Below are positions 10,833 through 19,329 of a DNA stretch of 45,946 nt, piece by piece; the stretch's first letter is position 1; each line of letters opens with the position of its first letter. The translations under genes were made by a program, and so were the position numbers. The notes below the pieces were generated by a model that worked only from the letters and a program-made list of their open reading frames with translations, was not told the origin of the DNA and did no database searches. Source of the stretch: Eubacteriales bacterium (lineage in GTDB: Bacteria > Bacillota > Clostridia > Oscillospirales > CAG-272); NCBI GenBank assembly GCA_045658185.1, contig JAZOUQ010000072.1, positions 1-45,946 on the forward strand, written 5' to 3'.

Positions 10833-11144
10833 ATGGAAGGTCCTATTACAATGACGGTATCCACACTCGCTACGCTCATCAGCAGCGTTTTATTCGTGTT
10901 GATACAGCGTTTTTTGAACGCTCAAAAAAAGAGAGAGGAAGAGAGAGAGGCTGAAAAGGCGTGTGATAACGCAATTATTTTACGCTCTCTGAACGCCCTC
11001 GGGAAGCTGACGGTGGCCAACGCCATCGCTCTGCGTGACGGCAAGACCAACGGAGAGCTTACCACCGCTCTTGCGGAATATGAAAAGATAGAAAAAGAAA
11101 TGTACGACCATTTGGTAACATATCATTCCAAGTCGGTAATGTGA
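10833..11144 (+). CDS. Small single-TM protein resembling phage holin-like lysis-module proteins
   Basis: Strong RBS AAAGGAGG; N-terminal TM helix, charged coiled stretch, and an ALRDGKTNGELTTAL segment like those I recall from Firmicutes prophage lysis cassettes (not verified by search). Confidence 0.55.
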   Translation: MEGPITMTVSTLATLISSVLFVLIQRFLNAQKKREEEREAEKACDNAIILRSLNALGKLTVANAIALRDGKTNGELTTALAEYEKIEKEMYDHLVTYHSKSVM

Positions 11145-11151
11145 CAGCAAA

Positions 11152-11360
11152 AACGCAGGACTTCTGTCCTGCGTTCTGTTATCACACGGGAATTTCGCCT
11201 GTGGCGAAGATTTTTGCTCGTAGCGACCTTGAGCGAGCTCAGGTCGGCTTTACTCGCAAAATGCGAACCCATATTCAAAACGCTTTGCGTTTTGAGTGGG
11301 GCGATTAACGACACGGCGTCAAAAAGAAGAACGCAGGACTTTTGTCCTGCGTTCTTCTTT
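11152..11360. repeat. tRNA-Glu 3'-end fold-back/duplication array with duplicated terminator
   Basis: AACGCAGGAC-TT(C/T)T-GTCCTGCGTTCT at 11152 and 11330 (25/26 identical); partial tRNA T-arm copy ACGGGAAT (11186) ... CGAACCCAT (11264) split by a 70-bp hairpin insert. Confidence 0.75.
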
Positions 11361-11361
11361 T

Positions 11362-11436
11362 TGGTGACCCGTACGGGAATCGAACCCATGTTTCCAGCGT
11401 GAGAGGCTAGCGTCTTAGCCGCTTGACCAACGGGCC
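11362..11436 (-). tRNA. tRNA-Glu(CTC)
   Basis: GGCCCGTTGGTCAAGCGGCTAAGACGCTAGCCT-CTC-ACGCTGGAAACATGGGTTCGATTCCCGTACGGGTCACCA cloverleaf with encoded CCA; TTGCAA-17-TATAAT promoter upstream. Confidence 0.97.
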
Positions 11437-11526
11437 GTGCTGTTCACAGCTTTAGTATTATATCACACTTCTTTTCAAATTGCAATAGGTTTTTGAAAAA
11501 AAGTTTTAAAAATTTTTCAAGTTCAA

Positions 11527-11557
11527 AAAAGCCGAGTCGAAATTCGACTCGGCTTTT
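11527..11557 (-). terminator. Terminator, GGCTGAGTC family copy 2
   Basis: AAAAGCCGAGTCG-AAATT-CGACTCGGCTTTT. Confidence 0.8.
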
Positions 11558-11567
11558 GCGTTAGGAT

Positions 11568-12422
11568 TTATTCTGCTGTGGAAGGAACGATAGGAGTAAA
11601 CTTTATCTGGTTAGCCTCTGCTACACCATCGTTCATGGCATCTACGTAAGCCTTTGCGGTAGAATCAGCTGCCGCCTTGATCTCCAAACCTTCCTTACAT
11701 GCAACAAACACGCCCTCAGGCTTTTTGTCATCGTTGGTGGGGAACACAAGCTCAGCATTTTCAATGGTAACAACTCCCAAGGAATCGCAGTAGATGAATG
11801 CACCTCTTCCAATCGTCTCCACAGATGCGGGAATAACTACCGCTTCAAGTGAATCACAACCATAGAATGCACCCTCTCCGATAGTTTTTACACTTTCGGG
11901 AATGGTAATTGCTTTAAGAGAAGAACACTCCATAAATGCATAAGCGTCAATAATAGCCACTGCGGAAGAAAGAGTGATCTCAGAAAGTCCAATACAATTC
12001 CAGAATGCACCCTTACCTATTTCGGTTACAGAATCAGGGAGCTTTATCTCTTCAATGGAAATACAGTAATAGAACGCCCAATCACCGATCTTGGTTACGG
12101 ACGAGGGAATTTCTACCGACTTGATAAAGGTATCCGCCTTAAATGCCTCCGCAGCAATACCGGTAACAGCAATTCCGTCTATCTCGGAAGGAAGCTTTAT
12201 ATCTATCATCTGTGTACCGTCGTACTCAACGGAAGTAATATCATAACGACCCGCGTCGTTTACAGCATAGCCAAAGGTAACGTTTTCATATGTAACAGTA
12301 CTTTCAACGACCTGTGACTTTTTTCCACCGTCCTGCTCGTCGGTGCTTTCATTCTTTTTAGAACATCCCATAACGCTAAGTGCCATAAGGGCAGCGAGAG
12401 AAAGAGCCAATATTTTTTTCAT
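11568..12422 (-). CDS. BspA-type leucine-rich repeat lipoprotein
   Basis: Signal peptide MKKILALSLAALMALSVMGC (lipobox) and repeated IPxSVxxIGxxAFxxCxxL units. Confidence 0.9.
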   Translation of the reverse strand: MKKILALSLAALMALSVMGCSKKNESTDEQDGGKKSQVVESTVTYENVTFGYAVNDAGRYDITSVEYDGTQMIDIKLPSEIDGIAVTGIAAEAFKADTFIKSVEIPSSVTKIGDWAFYYCISIEEIKLPDSVTEIGKGAFWNCIGLSEITLSSAVAIIDAYAFMECSSLKAITIPESVKTIGEGAFYGCDSLEAVVIPASVETIGRGAFIYCDSLGVVTIENAELVFPTNDDKKPEGVFVACKEGLEIKAAADSTAKAYVDAMNDGVAEANQIKFTPIVPSTAE

Positions 12423-12553
12423 AATGGTTATTAAACCTCCGTTAACACATATATTCGTAGATATATTATAACGCAAATCGATTCAAATGTCAATATCTAA
12501 AATCACTATCAAAAACTTTTTTTATAAAATTTATACTCAAAAACTAAAATTTC

Positions 12554-12582
12554 TTGACATAAACAGAATGAAAGGTTATAAT
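12554..12582 (+). promoter_or_regulatory. sigma-A promoter of recG
   Basis: TTGACA-17-TATAAT perfect consensus. Confidence 0.8.
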
Positions 12583-12615
12583 TATCATATAGAGCAGTTA
12601 CGAAAGGAGTGGCAG

Positions 12616-14742
12616 ATGTCAGGACTTGATGCAAACGTAAAAAAGCTATACGGCGTTGGAGAAGCCCGTGCCAAAAGTTATTCCAAGCTTGGGATAAACA
12701 CCATAGGTGATCTTATCTGTCACTATCCAAGGGGATACGAGAACAGAGGCGACGTGCGTCTTTTGTCCCAAACTGACGGCATGTCAAAAAGCTCGGTCAT
12801 ACTTACCGTTGCCACCGAACCAAAATTGGCGAGGTTGAAAAACAGAATGACCTTGGTTAAATTCAAAGCATATGATGAAAGCGGCTTTTGTGACATTACA
12901 TACTTTAACCAAGATTATCTAAAAAACGCTTTCCCCATAGGCTCTGAATTCAGATTTTACGGCAAGGTTCAGGTGGGCAAAAACGGGTATTCTATGGCTT
13001 CACCCGCATACGAGCCTTATTCAGACAATACCGAGTTGCCTCCGCTTTTGCCTGTCTATCCTCTTACCGAGGGATTGTCCCAAAAGCAGATCTCCAAGGA
13101 TATTCGCTCGGCAATGTCACTGGCATTTATCAGCGACCCCAACAGCGATCCGCTTCCCGAGGAGATACGGCAGCGGTACTCTCTGTGTCTGCGTTCCTAT
13201 GCTCAAAAGCAGATACATGCCCCCGACAGCTTTTATTCCCTAGCCAAGGCGAGAAACAGACTTATTTTCGACGAGCTTCTTACCTTTGCTCTCGGCGTAT
13301 CTCTGTCAGGCAAAGCGGCAAAAAAAGGATGTGCCGTTCCCTGCCCCGACACCGATATTTCTCCCCTTGAAGCTTTACTTCCTTACGAGCTTACTGATGC
13401 CCAGAAGAGGGTTATCAACGACATAAAAAAAGACATGTCCTGCGACGTTGCTATGAACAGAATGGTTGTTGGTGACGTTGGATGCGGAAAGACCGTATGT
13501 GCCGCGGCGGCTATGTATATAGCGGTAAAAAACGGCAGACAAGCGGCACTTATGGCTCCTACGGAAATACTTGCTACCCAGCATTACAACGACCTGTTAG
13601 AGCTTCTTGGGAAGTTGGGAGTACGAGTTGCCTTGCTTGTAGGCTCTATGACAGCCACACAAAAAAAGCAGATACACGGCAAAGTAGCATCAGGAGAAAT
13701 AGACGTGCTTATCGGTACGCAGGCTCTCATCTCCGACGGAGTGGAATTTGCAAGAAGCGGTCTTGTGGTTGCCGACGAGCAACACCGATTCGGTGTTGGG
13801 CAAAGAGCCGTTCTTGCTGAAAAAAATGCTCTTTCTCATATGCTGGTTATGAGTGCTACCCCCATTCCCCGAACACTTGCTCTCGCGGTGTACGGAGGAC
13901 TTGACGTATCAAGAATAGATGCACTTCCCCCGGGTCGTCAGAGGGTTGATACCTTTTGTGTTGACGAGAGCTACAGACAAAGGCTTAACGGCTTTATCAC
14001 CAAGCAGATAGAGGACGGCGGTCAGGTATACGTAGTCTGCCCCGCAGTTGAGGAAAGGATCGACGAGGAGGCCGATCTCCTTATGGACGATATTGACGGA
14101 GAGGGACGCATAAACGATATGCCGCCTCTGAAATCCGCTGTCGGATATGCAGAGGAGCTTCGGGCGTTGTTCCCTCAGTTCAAAGTTGCTTTTCTTCACG
14201 GAAAAATGAAGAGCAAGGAAAAGGACGAGGTCATGAGATCCTTTTCCCGTGGGGACGTAGATATACTTGTTTCCACCACCGTAATTGAAGTCGGCGTTAA
14301 CGTGCCGTCCGCGTGTCTTATGATAGTAGAAAACGCAGACAGATTCGGGCTTTCCCAGCTTCATCAGTTGAGAGGGCGAGTAGGCAGAGGAACGAGAAAA
14401 TCCTATTGCGTTCTTGTGTCGGAGGCAATAAACTCCGAGGGCAAGGCAAAGGAAAGACTTTTGACTATGAAAAAGTGCTACGACGGCTTCGAGATAGCAG
14501 AAAAGGACCTTCTGATGCGAGGTCCCGGTGATTTTCTCCGTGGGAACGGCGACGAAGCTGTTCGACAAAGCGGAGGCGTAAAATTCCGTCTTGCCGAGCT
14601 TTGTGACGATGCCCGTATCTTGAACGACGCATTCGACGAAGCAAAAAAACTGCTCAACACCTCTCCCGATCTGTCATCGTATCCGCTTCTTGCCACAGAG
14701 GTAGAGAGAATGTTCACCCTTGAAAAAGGAACTATAAACTGA
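12616..14742 (+). CDS. recG: ATP-dependent DNA helicase RecG
   Basis: GDVGCGKT, MAPTEILATQH, DEQHRFG, MSATPIPRTL, TTVIEVGVNVP, QLHQLRGRVGRG, DGFEIAEKDL..RGPG; ATG at 12616 follows AAAGGAG. Confidence 0.97.
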   Translation: MSGLDANVKKLYGVGEARAKSYSKLGINTIGDLICHYPRGYENRGDVRLLSQTDGMSKSSVILTVATEPKLARLKNRMTLVKFKAYDESGFCDITYFNQDYLKNAFPIGSEFRFYGKVQVGKNGYSMASPAYEPYSDNTELPPLLPVYPLTEGLSQKQISKDIRSAMSLAFISDPNSDPLPEEIRQRYSLCLRSYAQKQIHAPDSFYSLAKARNRLIFDELLTFALGVSLSGKAAKKGCAVPCPDTDISPLEALLPYELTDAQKRVINDIKKDMSCDVAMNRMVVGDVGCGKTVCAAAAMYIAVKNGRQAALMAPTEILATQHYNDLLELLGKLGVRVALLVGSMTATQKKQIHGKVASGEIDVLIGTQALISDGVEFARSGLVVADEQHRFGVGQRAVLAEKNALSHMLVMSATPIPRTLALAVYGGLDVSRIDALPPGRQRVDTFCVDESYRQRLNGFITKQIEDGGQVYVVCPAVEERIDEEADLLMDDIDGEGRINDMPPLKSAVGYAEELRALFPQFKVAFLHGKMKSKEKDEVMRSFSRGDVDILVSTTVIEVGVNVPSACLMIVENADRFGLSQLHQLRGRVGRGTRKSYCVLVSEAINSEGKAKERLLTMKKCYDGFEIAEKDLLMRGPGDFLRGNGDEAVRQSGGVKFRLAELCDDARILNDAFDEAKKLLNTSPDLSSYPLLATEVERMFTLEKGTIN

Positions 14743-14755
14743 AAAGGACTATCCT

Positions 14756-15313
14756 ATGTGTCAAAGATCAAGATGTAAGTGGTGCAATATAAAGAACGAA
14801 AAATATATTGAATATCACGACAAAGAGTGGTGTCAACCGAATTTTGACGACCGATATCTTTATGAAATGCTGATACTTGAATCCTTTCAGGCAGGACTTT
14901 CTTGGGAATGCGTTTTGAACAAGAGAGAAGCCTTCCGACTTGCATATGATAATTTTGATTTGGAAAAGATATGCTCTTATGACAGCAAGAAGATAAACGA
15001 GCTGTTGAATAACAAGGATATTATCCGAAACAAGCTCAAAATAAATGCAAGTATAAGCAACAGTAAAATTTTCAAGGCTATAATCAGCGAATACAGTTCT
15101 TTTTACGATTATTTAAAAACCTTTTGGACAGGCGAGATCATATACGAAACAGAAAAAGTAACGAACGCTCTGTCCGATTCAATTTCAAAGGATCTGATGA
15201 GCAGAGGAATGAAGTTCGTAGGCTCTACGATAATTTATTCTTATTTGCAGGCAATAGGGATAATCTATTCCCACGGCAAGGAATGTTATTTATATAAGGC
15301 TGAGTCAAATTGA
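14756..15313 (+). CDS. tag: DNA-3-methyladenine glycosylase I
   Basis: RCKWC, YHDKEW, LESFQAGLSW, IIRNKLKI, GMKFVG, YLQAIG..H..C motifs. Confidence 0.93.
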   Translation: MCQRSRCKWCNIKNEKYIEYHDKEWCQPNFDDRYLYEMLILESFQAGLSWECVLNKREAFRLAYDNFDLEKICSYDSKKINELLNNKDIIRNKLKINASISNSKIFKAIISEYSSFYDYLKTFWTGEIIYETEKVTNALSDSISKDLMSRGMKFVGSTIIYSYLQAIGIIYSHGKECYLYKAESN

Positions 15314-15324
15314 CTCAGCCTTAT
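15294..15324. terminator. Bidirectional terminator, GGCTGAGTC family copy 3
   Basis: ATAAGGCTGAGTC-AAATT-GACTCAGCCTTAT overlapping the tag stop codon. Confidence 0.85.
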
Positions 15325-15328
15325 GTCT

Positions 15329-15889
15329 TTACTGTTGCTTTTTAAAGTATCCTCTTTCCTCTTGACATACGGGACATATCTGAGGAGGCTCTTTGCCCTC
15401 AAAGATGTAGCCACAGTTCAGACATATCCATTTCGTGGATTGGCTGTCCGAGGTCAGCAGAGTTTTTTGCTCCAACGCATCGCTGTATTTCTGATACCTT
15501 TCCTCGTGCATCTTTTCAATAGACGCAACCCTCTCAAAAAGTCCCGCGATATAGTCAAATCCCTCTTCTCTTGCAACCTTGGCAAAATCCGAATACATAC
15601 TTGACCACTCGTGATGCTCACCCTTGAGTGCGTCCTTCAGATTGTCCTGCGTGTCACTATCGCCTGCAAGATATCTGAACCATATCTCGGCGTGCTCCTT
15701 TTCGTTGTCGGCCGTTTCGGCAAATATCTGCGACACCTCGACAAGCCCCTGGTCTCTCGCCTTCTTTTCGTACCATCGGTATTTAAGGTACGCTCTCGAC
15801 TCTCCCGACAACGCTGTGTTCAGGTTGTCCTCGGTGCGAGTTCCCTTCAAGGCTTCAATTCCTTTTCCGTCTTTTGTGTAAAGCTCCAT
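15329..15889 (-). CDS. rbr: Rubrerythrin
   Basis: Di-iron motifs GESRA, NEKEHA, GEHHE, IEKMH and C-terminal rubredoxin-like CLNC...CPVC. Confidence 0.92.
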   Translation of the reverse strand: MELYTKDGKGIEALKGTRTEDNLNTALSGESRAYLKYRWYEKKARDQGLVEVSQIFAETADNEKEHAEIWFRYLAGDSDTQDNLKDALKGEHHEWSSMYSDFAKVAREEGFDYIAGLFERVASIEKMHEERYQKYSDALEQKTLLTSDSQSTKWICLNCGYIFEGKEPPQICPVCQEERGYFKKQQ

Positions 15890-15965
15890 AATTATCTCCT
15901 TTTCGTTAGAATGGTATTTGATTATAACCCCAACGCCGAGATGTTATTCATTTAAGGACAAAAAC

Positions 15966-15994
15966 TTGACAAGTGAGAAAATAAGTATTATAAT
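15966..15994 (+). promoter_or_regulatory. sigma-A promoter of luxS
   Basis: TTGACA-17-TATAAT perfect consensus. Confidence 0.8.
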
Positions 15995-16023
15995 TATTGC
16001 AGTAACACTAAAGGAGAATGTGA

Positions 16024-16482
16024 ATGAACAGAATTGCCAGTTTTTCGGTTGACCACGATTATATAAAAAAGGACGTCTATATTTCAAGAATTGACGGAGA
16101 TATTACCACCTACGACCTACGTACAAGAATTCCCAACGCGGGAGATTATATGGACAACGTGACTATGCACTCACTTGAGCATATGTTCGCCACCTACGTT
16201 CGCAACTCGTCGATAGGCGGTGACGTTATATATTTCGGCCCTATGGGCTGTCGCACGGGATTTTATCTTCTGGTTAGAAATCAATCTCCCGAAACCGTTC
16301 TTGAGGTCATAATATCCACTCTTGAAAAGATCGTCGCACACGACGGTGAAATGTTTGGTGCCACCCGTAAGGAATGCGGAAACTATAAGGAGCTTGACCT
16401 TGCCTTGGCTAAAAAAGAAGCCGCGGCATATCTTACCGAGCTAAAAGGGAAAGTCCATAGCTTTGAATATCCCCAATCATAA
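16024..16482 (+). CDS. luxS: S-ribosylhomocysteine lyase
   Basis: IASFSVDH, HSLEH, GPMGCRTGFY, CGNY. Confidence 0.95.
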   Translation: MNRIASFSVDHDYIKKDVYISRIDGDITTYDLRTRIPNAGDYMDNVTMHSLEHMFATYVRNSSIGGDVIYFGPMGCRTGFYLLVRNQSPETVLEVIISTLEKIVAHDGEMFGATRKECGNYKELDLALAKKEAAAYLTELKGKVHSFEYPQS

Positions 16483-16485
16483 CAA

Positions 16486-16518
16486 AAGAGGCTGAGTCAG
16501 TTAATGACTCAGCCTCTT
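16486..16518. terminator. Bidirectional terminator, GGCTGAGTC family copy 4
   Basis: AAGAGGCTGAGTCA-GTTAA-TGACTCAGCCTCTT. Confidence 0.85.
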
Positions 16519-16524
16519 CATATA

Positions 16525-18462
16525 TCAGTTATCAAGCACAAGGTCGTCTATCTGCTGCTTTGCGAAAGCGGTGAAGTCGGCAACGGACATAAGTCCCATA
16601 TCGCCCTTCTTTCTGGAACGGACGGAAACCGTACCGTCTGCCATCTCCTTTTCTCCGATAACAAGCATATAGGGTATCTTTTCCAGCTGTGCGGCTCTTA
16701 TCTTGTATCCTATCTTCTCATTTCTCTCGTCAACGGACACACGCATTCCAAGCTTTTCAAGGTCACGTGCGATTCCTCTTGCATACTCAGCCTGCTCGTC
16801 GCCGATAGGCATAAGTCTTACCTGCTCGGGAGCTATCCACATAGGAAGTGCACCCGCATACTTTTCAAGCAACAAAACAAGTGTACGCTCGTAGCATCCG
16901 AGAGAGGTTCTGTGAATGATATAAGGTGTTACTCTCTTGTCGTTGGAATCGGTATACTCCATACCGAACTTCTTCGCAAGAAGCATATCTATCTGAATGG
17001 TGATAAGCGTGTCTTCCTTGCCGTGTACGTTCTTTATCTGAATGTCAAGCTTAGGACCGTAGAACGCTGCCTCGTCAATACCTATCTTGTATTCAAGTCC
17101 GATGTTGTCAAGTATTTCCTTCATAACTCTCTGTGCCTCATCCCACTGCTCGGGCGTACCCTCGTACTTGTCGGTACGGTTGGGATCCCACTGAGAGAAT
17201 CTGAAGGAGCAGTCCTCACGCAAACCAAGTGCGTCAAGCATATAAAGGGCAAGGTCAAGACAACCTCTGAACTCCTCCTCCAGCTGTTCGGGAGTGAGGA
17301 TAAGGTGACCCTCGGAAATGGTAAACTGACGAACACGGATAAGTCCGTGCATCTCGCCCGACTCCTCGTTACGGAACAAGGTCGAGGTTTCACCCAATCT
17401 CATAGGCAGGTCACGGTAGGAACGCTTTTTGTTGAGAAATACCTGATACTGGAAGGGACAGGTCATAGGACGGAGTGCAAAGCATTCCTTTGTTTCGTCA
17501 TCAGGATCACCCAAAATGAACATTCCGTCACGGTAGTGATCCCAGTGTCCCGAGATCTTATAAAGATCGGACTTTGCCATAAGAGGAGTCTTGGTAAGCA
17601 GATATCCTCTTCTTCTCTCCTCGTCCTCAACGAATCTCTGAAGATTCTGAATGGTTCTTGCACCCTTGGGAAGCATAATGGGAAGTCCCTGACCGATGCT
17701 GTCAACCGTGGTGAAGTATTCAAGCTCACGACCTATCTTGTTGTGATCTCTCTTCTTTGCTTCCTCCACCATTTCAAGGTAAGCCTTAAGCTCGTCCTTG
17801 GTGGGGAATGCAGTTCCGTATATTCTCTGAAGCATCTTATTGTTCTGGTCGCCCTTCCAATAAGCTCCCGTACACTGCGTCAGCTTAAGTGCCTTGACAG
17901 CACCCGTCGCAAAAAGGTGAGGACCTGCACAAAGGTCAACGAACTCGCCCTGACGGTAGAAGCTGATAACCTCTCCCTCGGGAAGCTCCTCTATAAGCTG
18001 TACCTTGTAAGGCTCGTTCTTCTCGGTCATAAGTGCGATAGCCTCGTCGCGAGGAAGCTCAAATCTCTCTATCTTGAGATTTTCCTTAACTATTTTCTTC
18101 ATCTCGGCTTCAAGTGCCGCAAGTACCTCGGGGGTAATTGACACATCACTGTCAACGTCATAGTAAAATCCGTTATCGATAGCAGGGCCTATGGTCAGCT
18201 TCGTTTCGGGATAAAGTCTTTTTACCGCCTGTGCGAGTATGTGAGATGCCGTATGACGGAACACCTGCTTTCCCTCGTCGTCAGCAAAGGTAAGAAGCTG
18301 AACGTCAGCGTCCTCCTTTATCTGCTCGGTAAGAGCAGAAACCTTACCGTTAACCTTTGCCGCAACCACCGCACGGCTGATTATTCCCGCCTCCGCAGCC
18401 GCGTCATATACGGTTATCGGCTCGGACTTCTCGATAATCTGTTCTCCAAAATTGATCTTCAT
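16525..18462 (-). CDS. thrS: Threonine--tRNA ligase
   Basis: TGS domain, FRHTASHILAQAV, DLCAGPH, RDHNKIG, LRPMTCP, AAFYGPKLD, IHRT; preceded by a Thr T-box. Confidence 0.98.
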   Translation of the reverse strand: MKINFGEQIIEKSEPITVYDAAAEAGIISRAVVAAKVNGKVSALTEQIKEDADVQLLTFADDEGKQVFRHTASHILAQAVKRLYPETKLTIGPAIDNGFYYDVDSDVSITPEVLAALEAEMKKIVKENLKIERFELPRDEAIALMTEKNEPYKVQLIEELPEGEVISFYRQGEFVDLCAGPHLFATGAVKALKLTQCTGAYWKGDQNNKMLQRIYGTAFPTKDELKAYLEMVEEAKKRDHNKIGRELEYFTTVDSIGQGLPIMLPKGARTIQNLQRFVEDEERRRGYLLTKTPLMAKSDLYKISGHWDHYRDGMFILGDPDDETKECFALRPMTCPFQYQVFLNKKRSYRDLPMRLGETSTLFRNEESGEMHGLIRVRQFTISEGHLILTPEQLEEEFRGCLDLALYMLDALGLREDCSFRFSQWDPNRTDKYEGTPEQWDEAQRVMKEILDNIGLEYKIGIDEAAFYGPKLDIQIKNVHGKEDTLITIQIDMLLAKKFGMEYTDSNDKRVTPYIIHRTSLGCYERTLVLLLEKYAGALPMWIAPEQVRLMPIGDEQAEYARGIARDLEKLGMRVSVDERNEKIGYKIRAAQLEKIPYMLVIGEKEMADGTVSVRSRKKGDMGLMSVADFTAFAKQQIDDLVLDN

Positions 18463-18494
18463 AATATCCTCCATAAATTTTTAACTTTAAATAT

Positions 18495-18690
18495 AAAAAC
18501 ACCCCGAACGGCAAATGCCGTTCGGGGTGCTAAATTCTCATTAGCACGGTTCCACCCGAATTTTTCTCTTATCGAAAGTATTCAAATGTACACGCAAAGT
18601 GGTATCCTTCCCGTCGTCACCAAAGGTATTTCAGCCGTGTACCTTCTCTCTGTGGGTTCGTTTCAAAAAGAACTTGTCCTTGCGGTTTCC
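18495..18690 (-). ncRNA. T-box leader (Thr, ACC specifier)
   Basis: Minus strand: AGAGA and GGCTGAAA stem I motifs, GGAT-ACC-A specifier, T-box AATTCGGGTGGAACCGTG, terminator CACCCCGAACGGCA-TT-TGCCGTTCGGGGTG-TTTTT. Confidence 0.93.
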
Positions 18691-18693
18691 GTC

Positions 18694-19119
18694 TTATTTT
18701 TTATTAAGCTCGGAACGGGGATTTACTATTTCACGCCAATCCAGATCGCCTCTGTCAAGTGCGGTTATAATGACCTCCGCCGTAGCTATATTAGTAGCAA
18801 CGGGAATGTTATAAATGTCACACATACGGAGAAGCTCGTGACCTACGGTGTCGTTTGCCGCACCGGGACGCGTATCTCTGAAATACAGAAGCACATCTAT
18901 CTCGTTATAGGAGATTCTGGAGGCTATCTGCTGCTCTCCTCCCTGCTCTCCCGACATAAGTTTATCTATCTCAAGTCCCGTAGCCTCGGAAATATATTTG
19001 GCGGTAATTGCCGTAGCACAAATATGGTGTTTGCTAAGTATTCCGCAGTATGCTATACAGAACTGTGCCATCAGTTCTTTTTTCAAGTCGTGTGCGATTA
19101 TTGCTATTTCCAATTCCAA
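18694..19119 (-). CDS. mgsA: Methylglyoxal synthase family protein (divergent active site)
   Basis: IAIIAHDLKK, SGEQGGEQQI, YFRD, LLRMCDIYNIPVATNIATAE. Confidence 0.85.
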   Translation of the reverse strand: MELEIAIIAHDLKKELMAQFCIAYCGILSKHHICATAITAKYISEATGLEIDKLMSGEQGGEQQIASRISYNEIDVLLYFRDTRPGAANDTVGHELLRMCDIYNIPVATNIATAEVIITALDRGDLDWREIVNPRSELNKK

Positions 19120-19329
19120 CTACCTCCATACGTCAAAATGCTCTTTATAGTTTACAATTCAAATACACATCAAATAAGTATACCCAATTTGTTTCTATTA
19201 TTATAACATTATTTTGTACCTTTTGTCAATGACATTGATAAATTATTTTGTAAAAAAATTTCATATACGTATTGTTTTTTGGAGTGTTTTGGTTTATAAT
19301 ATATCTAATATTTATTTTGGAGGACTAAA

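Noticed and set aside
12487-12615. N-terminal extensions in the ORF track (recG, cca, cotH-like, LRR protein, decarboxylase, ABC permease)
   Set aside because: They run through promoter, RBS or neighbouring-gene sequence; downstream starts were used instead.
16504-18141. 545-aa plus-strand ORF opposite thrS, and similar long antisense ORFs opposite groEL, glyA and aspS
   Set aside because: Shadow frames produced by codon bias in highly expressed genes; no RBS or recognisable motifs.
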